52,674 bases of DNA, from contig DTUG01000039.1 of assembly GCA_012964275.1 (NCBI GenBank), positions 3,779-56,452 of the forward strand. The letters run 5' to 3'. The translations under genes were made by a program, and so were the position numbers. The notes beneath the pieces are model-generated. The model was not told the DNA's origin, searched no databases, and saw only the letters and a program-made list of their open reading frames with translations. Shown in pieces: positions 46,235-52,674 of the stretch; positions within the stretch are counted from its first letter, which is position 1, and each line of letters starts with the position of its first letter. This stretch comes from Fidelibacterota bacterium (GTDB lineage: Bacteria; Fidelibacterota; Marinisomatia; Marinisomatales; UBA1611).

Positions 46235-46242
46235 CTCAACAT

Positions 46243-46800
46243 TTAATACATGCTCATGATGGCAATCATAGTTATAATAAAATAGGGGACCAAGTGTGCG
46301 GCACCAATATAATCCTTGGTCACCCTTTGACCGAAAAAAAGTGTCAGAAGGGTCAAGGCAATAACTAATAATCCATAAAATATATAAATGGTATTTTTCT
46401 CTATTAAAGCATAGAATGCCCCAAATAGGCATAATAATCCTCCACCAAGCTCCATTACGGTCAGTACTGAAAGTGCTATAGAAGTAACGGACTTAAGTGG
46501 GGATTTTACAAAGTGTTCATCAAAGAAATTTAAATTGCCTTGACGGTCTATAATCTTGTCTAATCCGGACTGTATAAAAGCGATCGCTAAAAAAATAGCA
46601 ATAAGAACCTGGCAAAGTACCAGGGGATCTTTAATTTTAATTCCTAAAAGCTCGATACGGTCACCGTAACGTTCATAGGTCGATGGGGATGATTCAATGG
46701 TCGGTTTGGATGAAATTATTTCCTGAGTCTGTTGTTCCTGTCCATATACTGAGATTGTATAAACCAGTACAACTAAAGATAGGATAACTAAATTTTTCAT
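46243..46800 (-). CDS. DoxX-like membrane protein
   Basis: ATG 46800 is preceded by GGGAG. Signal/TM MKNLVILSLVVLVYTISVYG, then IAIFLAIAFIQSGLDKI and further helices reminiscent of DoxX. Confidence 0.45.
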   Translation of the reverse strand: MKNLVILSLVVLVYTISVYGQEQQTQEIISSKPTIESSPSTYERYGDRIELLGIKIKDPLVLCQVLIAIFLAIAFIQSGLDKIIDRQGNLNFFDEHFVKSPLKSVTSIALSVLTVMELGGGLLCLFGAFYALIEKNTIYIFYGLLVIALTLLTLFFGQRVTKDYIGAAHLVPYFIITMIAIMSMY

Positions 46801-46817
46801 ATTTATCTCCCTTCGGA

Positions 46818-47537
46818 TCAATATTTTTCAATGAGTTCTTTAATTTTTCCTCGTACGTAATCCCGCAATTCTCCAACTGACATATTATCATATTCATCGT
46901 GACTAATAACGTCACCGAAACGCGTAGTCAATATCCCTGGTTTCAACCGCCAATCATTTTTCCGTTTTGCTCCAAATGCACCGATTGTCCCAATAGGAAC
47001 AATAGAAACTGCAGCATTTTTTAATAGATGAAAGGGACCTTTCTTGAATTGCCCTAGTTTCCCGGTTCTAGTACGTGTCCCCTCAGGAGCAATTAAAAAA
47101 GAAATCCCTTTACGAACAGCATTTTCTACATTTTCAAGGCCATGGACCGCTTTCTCAATATTGGATCTTTGAATTGGCACTATTCCATATTTTCTACCTA
47201 CAGCACCCCAAATAGGCCATCTAAATCCCTCAATTGCACCAACAGCAGTGACGTAATGTTTCATATAGAAAAAAACCGCAAAAAGATCAAACAGAGATCC
47301 ATGGTTTATCATATAGAGATACGGCCCATTTTGTGGTGGTGGAACTCGACCATCCATTTTTAACCATTGGCATCCAAAGAGGCAGAAAAACCAGCACATG
47401 GGTCGAACATAATAATGATAATATTTTCGTGGGAAAAAAGTCATATATATTAAAAATACGGACATCGCAATAACAAAATAAGCTAACCATAGGGGCCATA
47501 GAATAAGTGACACTAGTATTTTATATGCGCCAATCAT
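46818..47537 (-). CDS. plsC: 1-acyl-sn-glycerol-3-phosphate acyltransferase
   Basis: NHGSLFD (HX4D) and IAPEGTRT motifs. Confidence 0.85.
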   Translation of the reverse strand: MIGAYKILVSLILWPLWLAYFVIAMSVFLIYMTFFPRKYYHYYVRPMCWFFCLFGCQWLKMDGRVPPPQNGPYLYMINHGSLFDLFAVFFYMKHYVTAVGAIEGFRWPIWGAVGRKYGIVPIQRSNIEKAVHGLENVENAVRKGISFLIAPEGTRTRTGKLGQFKKGPFHLLKNAAVSIVPIGTIGAFGAKRKNDWRLKPGILTTRFGDVISHDEYDNMSVGELRDYVRGKIKELIEKY

Positions 47538-48576
47538 TATTATTTAAAATAGTAAATAATTTATGGTTTGCCTTAGGGAATGCATACTGTTTTATTTCAC
47601 TTGGGGTAATCCAATGGTGTTCCCTTTCTGGTTTTAATACCTGACCATTTGTTTTACAATGAAATAGATGAAGTGTAATGGAAAAATGTGAATAAGCATG
47701 ATTAATTGATCCAACTTGCTTAATTATATTTGTCCCTGTTCCACATTCCTCCTCAATCTCTCGTTTCAGCGCTTCAACAAGGGATTCTCCAGATTCAACT
47801 TTCCCACCTGGGAATTCCCATAATCCACCCAACATGCCACTTGGATCTCTTTTTTGTATAAAAAACTGATTCCCGCACCAGATAATTCCAGCTACAATAG
47901 TATGATGTGGAATTTTTTTATGTTGTTTTTTCGATGGGTAATTCATCGGATTTCCGCTGGCAAATGCCTTGCAATAACGATTTACCGGGCAATTCATACA
48001 ATCCGGGTTGGTGGGGAAACATACACAAGCACCTAAATCCATCATTGCTTGGTTAAAATCTCCAGGCTTCTCAGTATGAATCCATTTATAAAGTGTCGAC
48101 CGAATTATGTCCATATTTCTCTTTGAAAATTTTCTGCGACCTAAAATTCTCGCCATAACCCGCCGAATATTTCCATCAATAGCTGGAAACGGCTGCTTGA
48201 AAGCTATGGATAAAACCGCCGCAGCTGTATAATCTCCTACACCGGGAAGGGATCTAAATTCGTCCCAATTATCGGGGATGATTCCATGGTTATATTTCAC
48301 AATAATTTTCGCCGATTTATGAAAATTCCGGCAACGAGCATAGTAACCCAAACCTTCCCAACATTTTAATAATTCTGATTGTTTTGCAAGTGCAACAGAT
48401 TTGATACTTGGATATTTTTCAAGCCATTTATTATAATAGGGAATAACGGTTTCAACTTGAGTTTGCTGAAGCATAACCTCTGAAAGCCATACGCAATAGG
48501 GATTAACAGTATTGCGGAATGGCAAATCTCTTTTTGATTTATCATACCAATCAAGTACCGATATTGTTACGGACAT
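47521..48576 (-). CDS. mutY: A/G-specific adenine glycosylase with NUDIX-like C-terminal domain
   Basis: VWLSEVMLQQTQV, GLGYYARCRN, Fe-S loop CxxxxxxCxxCxxxxxC (CVCFPTNPDCMNCPVNRYC), C-terminal GGLWEFPGGKVE. ATG 48576 (MSVTISVLDWY) avoids overlap with marR. Confidence 0.9.
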   Translation of the reverse strand: MSVTISVLDWYDKSKRDLPFRNTVNPYCVWLSEVMLQQTQVETVIPYYNKWLEKYPSIKSVALAKQSELLKCWEGLGYYARCRNFHKSAKIIVKYNHGIIPDNWDEFRSLPGVGDYTAAAVLSIAFKQPFPAIDGNIRRVMARILGRRKFSKRNMDIIRSTLYKWIHTEKPGDFNQAMMDLGACVCFPTNPDCMNCPVNRYCKAFASGNPMNYPSKKQHKKIPHHTIVAGIIWCGNQFFIQKRDPSGMLGGLWEFPGGKVESGESLVEALKREIEEECGTGTNIIKQVGSINHAYSHFSITLHLFHCKTNGQVLKPEREHHWITPSEIKQYAFPKANHKLFTILNNNDWRI

Positions 48577-48596
48577 GATGTATACAATATAATATT

Positions 48597-49019
48597 TTAC
48601 TTTTGAAAAAGATGCTTTGATAGGGTCCAATGAAATGATGATAACGCTTGCAAAATTTCATCACGTTTGGCGCTATCCACTTCATTTTCTATTCGTTGCC
48701 CAAGAGTCTCTATTTTTTTCTCCAACTTTGTTTGAATATTTTGTCCTTTTACCGTTAAAATAACTTTACTGACGCGAAGATCCAGATCACCAGGTTTTCG
48801 AAGAACCCAATTTTTCTTCTCCAGTCTGATCACTAATCGGGTCGCAGTACTATTATCGATACCTAAAATCCGAGCAAGTGATGACATTTCTATGCCATCA
48901 TTCGGGATTGAGACTAACGCCAAAACCTGACTATAGGTAATATTCCTATCACAAATAACAACGCGAAACAGTCTTTGCAGGTCAACTAAAAAGGAAGAAA
49001 GCACTTCACCATAATTCAT
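48597..49019 (-). CDS. MarR family transcriptional regulator
   Basis: 140 aa; winged-helix segment ITYSQVLALVSI...MSSLARILGIDNSTATRLVIRLEKKNWV. Confidence 0.8.
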   Translation of the reverse strand: MNYGEVLSSFLVDLQRLFRVVICDRNITYSQVLALVSIPNDGIEMSSLARILGIDNSTATRLVIRLEKKNWVLRKPGDLDLRVSKVILTVKGQNIQTKLEKKIETLGQRIENEVDSAKRDEILQALSSFHWTLSKHLFQK

Positions 49020-49056
49020 GGTTGCATATTACAAATATAGACAATATGATAAAAGA

Positions 49057-50283
49057 TTACTGTGCTGGTAATGAATAAAGCAATTCAGCATGATTCAGGT
49101 ACAGGGAATCAATTTTTTCCCTTTGTTCACCGTATATCATATGTCCAACACTTTGATAATGGTCCATTTCTATAGGGCCGAACGTATACCATTGTCCCTG
49201 TATCAATGGATCACCTTTTACATACGGAGTGATTGGGTCTGGGCCATTTGATCCAGTTGTTGGACCTGACATGGAACAAACATTAACAATGCCGTCATTT
49301 TCCCACCAAGTTGAATCCGTTTCTGTTCCATCAGCTCGGAATACTATCCTGGAACCCATGAGTGTCGCCCTAGATCGGATTAATAGAAAAACATCCTTAT
49401 TCGGAATATGGTATCCGGTTGCTGGATCTTGATGTGTAGCTGAAAAAATATAGGAAAAGTAGAATACACTTGGACTTGATATTAAAAATCCATTGAGTTG
49501 AGCAGCACCATCTATGCTGATGTCCCAAGAGCTAATATTTTTTGTTTCCCAAGCTGAATGTTCCCGCATACGCTGCACATAGTTGGCCCAAGCTTCATTT
49601 TTCCCTCTCCTAAATTTCCATTGTTCCAGATCAAAATCATAAAAATCTGTACCAACTACTCCAGCAACTCCCACAAAATACTGCACAAACGGAAACATTT
49701 TGGCCACTACATCTACTAGTGTAGAACCATTATGTGGTGTAGCAACGGAAGTTATGCTGGTGATCCATCCATCTCTGGCATGACCCAATAATTCAGATTC
49801 CTCCAAAATTTTATTCTCACTGTCCGAATAGATCTCATTAGCCAGTAAGTATTGCAACATACGTACAGTTTGCCCACCCATACTATGACCAACTAAATGA
49901 ACAGGATGATCACTATCCCATTCAGGATATAACCCAGAGTATATTTTCCTTTCCGGTTTTTGTACTATTCCATACGCTTTGGAATGAGCAAGTCCATAGT
50001 CTACCTGACCACCTTTTAATTGATAATAAATTTCAACTGCCCGGTCCCAATTGGAAGATATGGGGCCAACTGAAACGGTGTAAACAGTATATCCGGCCTC
50101 TTTAAGAATAAATTCTATATCACGTTTACCTCCCCAATATCGATAGCCTCCCATTTCTTCCAATCCCCAACCAAACAAACCATGTACAAGAATTATAGGA
50201 TGGTTGTTTCGTGCCAGAAGGCAACCTATCAATAAAATAGGAAAAAGTAAAAATTTCCAATTAATCAGTCTAAAATCGCACAC
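49057..50283 (-). CDS. triacylglycerol lipase of the Geobacillus/Staphylococcus type (family I.5/I.6-like), probable lipoprotein
   Basis: PIILVHGLFGWG oxyanion motif, YWGG, VGPISSNWDRA, nucleophile elbow VGHSMGGQT, ATPHNGS. N-terminal LLIGC lipobox. Confidence 0.85.
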   Translation of the reverse strand: MCDFRLINWKFLLFPILLIGCLLARNNHPIILVHGLFGWGLEEMGGYRYWGGKRDIEFILKEAGYTVYTVSVGPISSNWDRAVEIYYQLKGGQVDYGLAHSKAYGIVQKPERKIYSGLYPEWDSDHPVHLVGHSMGGQTVRMLQYLLANEIYSDSENKILEESELLGHARDGWITSITSVATPHNGSTLVDVVAKMFPFVQYFVGVAGVVGTDFYDFDLEQWKFRRGKNEAWANYVQRMREHSAWETKNISSWDISIDGAAQLNGFLISSPSVFYFSYIFSATHQDPATGYHIPNKDVFLLIRSRATLMGSRIVFRADGTETDSTWWENDGIVNVCSMSGPTTGSNGPDPITPYVKGDPLIQGQWYTFGPIEMDHYQSVGHMIYGEQREKIDSLYLNHAELLYSLPAQ

Positions 50284-51166
50284 TTAAATCCATTCCTGTT
50301 ATCCAACCACCAGTGCCATAGAAGTAGGTTCCAACCCCAGCATCTGTGGCACCATAATTAAAATGTAATCCAAATCCGGTAGCCCCTAATATAGATTTCC
50401 AAATCTCCTGACGTATATTTTGATCAAACTTATGTGTTGATGTACCCCACTTAAATTTAATATCGTGTGGCAAATGAAAAATTCCGCCTATGAAAATATC
50501 TTTGTGTTTTTCTTGTAATAACCTCACAATATCTATTGCAAGTGTTAGAGGAAGGTGAACGAGACGTTTGGTCATACCTAAAGAAATTTTTACAGGTAAA
50601 ATATCTTTATTTTGAGTAGTAGATTGTATTGCAAACCCTATATTATCCAAACTTAGACCAACGGCAGCCTGTTGTTCTTTCAACATCCAAATCATACCGC
50701 TGGATAAATAGAGAAGAGTTGACAGATAGGAATCAAGATTAGAAAAAAACAACCCGCCAGTAAAACCATAATAAATCGGGAAAGTTTTTAATTGATTAGA
50801 ATATCCTGCATTAATCCACGTATCACTAGATGTATAATTACCAGTTGATACTGCATCTTCATCCAACCTTTCAAAAACACCATAGGATAAGCGTCTTAAT
50901 ACAAATGTCATTTGTCCGTCGAATTTTGGAAAAACAATAGCTGCAGCCTGACTATGGATTCCGGCTGGATAGCGGACAAATGAAGTAGAAAAATTACGAT
51001 TACTGGATAGTGCCGCTGGATTACCATAAGCAGCCAGAGGAACTTTTATTAACTGACCAGCACCACCCATAGCTAAACGTGATGAAGATGTCCAAGCATT
51101 GAATCCCGGGAAACCAGATTCAGCAAATAATTGACCTAGAATTAAAATAATTAAATATTTTTTCAT
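50270..51166 (-). CDS. outer-membrane beta-barrel, PorQ/PorV/FadL-like
   Basis: Signal peptide. RLAMGGAGQL...AAYGNPAAL resembles the aLGmGGA....NPA motif at the N-terminus of FadL/PorV/PorQ-type barrels. C-terminal ...DLSVRF is a beta-signal. Confidence 0.45.
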   Translation of the reverse strand: MKKYLIILILGQLFAESGFPGFNAWTSSSRLAMGGAGQLIKVPLAAYGNPAALSSNRNFSTSFVRYPAGIHSQAAAIVFPKFDGQMTFVLRRLSYGVFERLDEDAVSTGNYTSSDTWINAGYSNQLKTFPIYYGFTGGLFFSNLDSYLSTLLYLSSGMIWMLKEQQAAVGLSLDNIGFAIQSTTQNKDILPVKISLGMTKRLVHLPLTLAIDIVRLLQEKHKDIFIGGIFHLPHDIKFKWGTSTHKFDQNIRQEIWKSILGATGFGLHFNYGATDAGVGTYFYGTGGWITGMDLSVRF

Positions 51167-52674
51167 ATCAAACTCAATGGATCCATGTGAATATTCAGCT
51201 GGTTTTTCCCCATTTGGTACTTCTTTGGAAAATCATAGAAATTTTTATTGATATAAGAATGAAGCTTCCTGCCATTTGGATCCAGTGTTTTGATGGATTT
51301 AAAAACAATCTGAAAGCGAAATTGGTTCCGAATTTTCTCAAGATAACAGGGGGCGGGACCAAGGATATATAGTCCTTTGTATTTCTTAGATAAGCTTTTT
51401 TTAACTCTTTCAGCCAAATGCATGGCAGACTCTAAAACGGGGCCAGAACATTCTACTTTTGCCAGCCAGCTGAAAGGCGGATATTTCAATTCCTGCCTTT
51501 CACTTAAAGCAATATTATAATACTTGGTAAGGTCAAGCCTGGCTGCACATTTGATAACCGGATTATCCGGACTGTACGTTTGAATTATTACTTCCCCTGT
51601 TTTGTTTCCGCGACCAGAACGACCCGCAGCCTGATAAATCAATTGAAAAATACGTTCACCAGCCCTGAAGTCTGGTAAATGAAGCCCTAAATCAGCATTA
51701 ACGATTCCTACCAATGTAATATTGGGAAAATCTAGACCTTTGGCTATCATTTGAGTGCCGATCAAGATTTGGGTTTTCCCTTCTGAAAATGATTTTAAAA
51801 TTTTTGTGATTTGTTGTCCGCTTCGAAGACTGTCTGAATCAAGACGGGTAATGCTCGCAACGGGAAATGTTTCTTTCAGGAGTGACTCTATGCGTTGAGT
51901 ACCTGCCCCTTTATAAACCAGATTTCCACTACGGCAGGAATTACACATTTCTCGGCGCTGGTTTTCAGTATATCCGCAAACATGACACAATAAGTAGCGA
52001 CCACGGGAATGATACGTTAGAGCTACCTGACAGAAAGAACACATAACAATCTCTCCGCAATCAAAACAACGAATGATAGGAGAATATCCTCGACGGTTTT
52101 GAAGCAAAAGAACTTGTTCATTTTTCTTCAGGCGATCCTCTATTTTATCTAAAAGCAACCCAGAAATAACTAATCCGAATTTTCCTGATTCATCCTGATC
52201 CTTTAGCATATCTACTACTTGCGTATGAGGATATTTTGCTATACCAAAACGCTTTGGTAGATTTATATACTTCAGTTTCTTATAAAGGTGATTAAAATAA
52301 CTTTCCAGACTTGGGGTTGCACTTGATAATAATACGGTTGCTTTTTCAAGCTTTCCTCGCATAAGTGCTACATCACGGGCATGGTATCGCGGAACTGAGG
52401 AATCTTGTTGATAAGAAGACTCCTGTTCCTCATCTATCACAATTAATCCCACATTCTGCAAAGGGGCAAAAATAGCGCTACGGGCACCAATAACAACCTT
52501 GAAACTGCCTTGGCAAATTTGCATCCATGTCCAAGATCGCTGAGCATGGGTTAATCTGGAATGCCACAAAGCAACAGTATCTCCAAATACGGCCCTGAAT
52601 CGTCCAGCAATTTGAGGTGTGAGCGAGATTTCCGGAAGCAATATTATCCCGGTACGACCTTGCTCAATAACTTG
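51163..52674 (-). CDS. priA: primosomal protein N' (PriA helicase), N-terminus beyond the window
   Basis: The frame is open to the window edge (…QVIEQGRTGIILLPEISLT). DEEQE (DExx box), Cys-rich zinc fingers CFDCGEIVMCSFCQ...CHVCGY...CNSC, GTQMIAKGLDFPN. Confidence 0.92.
   Translation of the reverse strand, partial: QVIEQGRTGIILLPEISLTPQIAGRFRAVFGDTVALWHSRLTHAQRSWTWMQICQGSFKVVIGARSAIFAPLQNVGLIVIDEEQESSYQQDSSVPRYHARDVALMRGKLEKATVLLSSATPSLESYFNHLYKKLKYINLPKRFGIAKYPHTQVVDMLKDQDESGKFGLVISGLLLDKIEDRLKKNEQVLLLQNRRGYSPIIRCFDCGEIVMCSFCQVALTYHSRGRYLLCHVCGYTENQRREMCNSCRSGNLVYKGAGTQRIESLLKETFPVASITRLDSDSLRSGQQITKILKSFSEGKTQILIGTQMIAKGLDFPNITLVGIVNADLGLHLPDFRAGERIFQLIYQAAGRSGRGNKTGEVIIQTYSPDNPVIKCAARLDLTKYYNIALSERQELKYPPFSWLAKVECSGPVLESAMHLAERVKKSLSKKYKGLYILGPAPCYLEKIRNQFRFQIVFKSIKTLDPNGRKLHSYINKNFYDFPKKYQMGKNQLNIHMDPLSLI

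Noticed and set aside
46235-46432. N-terminal 66-aa extension of the SDR ORF (track model 45368-46432).
   Set aside because: It would overlap the DoxX-like gene by about 190 nt. The extension is not SDR-like, since the Rossmann TGxxxGxG begins right after the proposed TTG at 46234.
48577-48630. Longer mutY start overlapping marR.
   Set aside because: The extension is not conserved-looking, and ATG 48576 gives the usual MutY N-terminus (…LDWY…R.LPFR).
1-52674. Scan for CRISPR arrays, rRNA, IS elements, prophage genes and long inverted or direct repeats.
   Set aside because: Nothing of this kind was found by eye; the only clear repeats are the 2 x 99-nt tandem (25154-25351) and (GAT)7. A computational repeat/tRNA/ncRNA scan (tRNAscan-SE, Infernal, MinCED) would be needed to exclude small elements.

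Overview
Dense, moderately AT-rich chromosomal segment of a diderm bacterium with about 60 CDS. Many neighbouring genes overlap at start/stop or sit 10 nt or less apart. I found no rRNA, tRNA, CRISPR array, transposase or integrase. The envelope gene content (uppS-bamA-skp-lpxD-lpxC-fabZ-lpxA block, a T9SS-type C-terminal sorting domain, PEGA proteins, a PorQ/PorV/FadL-like barrel) suggests an FCB-superphylum-like, streamlined lineage; that placement is inference only. Main blocks: (1) 1-5.3 kb: T9SS cargo, DUF971, lipoprotein plus NPP phosphodiesterase, gpmA, SRAP peptidase. (2) 5.4-13.0 kb, minus strand: one tightly coupled chain of methyltransferase-like gene, yqeY, cvpA, dnaG, two paralogous PEGA proteins and a large envelope protein. 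(3) 13.0-17.8 kb: looser, AT-rich stretch with a SLOG/DUF2493 gene, arsC, a COG2403 P-loop protein and small envelope proteins. (4) 17.9-24.8 kb, plus strand: M23 peptidase, rhomboid, then a nucleoside uptake/salvage run cdd-udk-tdk-nupC-adk-coaE. (5) 24.8-27.9 kb: nfeD-floA plus a repeat-containing third gene. (6) 28-40 kb: lipid A/OM biogenesis and isoprenoid genes. (7) 40-52.7 kb: mrp, ferredoxin, FGGY kinase, HAD, pepC, SDR, plsC, mutY, marR, a Firmicutes-type lipase, an OM barrel and partial priA. I see no convincing defence island or mobile element; most of the window is housekeeping. The items most worth follow-up are: a DNA-methyltransferase homologue with all three catalytic/cofactor motifs degenerate at the head of the dnaG operon; the tandem PEGA paralogs occupying the position usually held by rpoD; a 119-codon open extension encoding a signal peptide but with no ATG/GTG/TTG start; and the 2 x 99-nt repeat protein downstream of floA. 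All functional calls come from motif recognition by eye; no searches were run.
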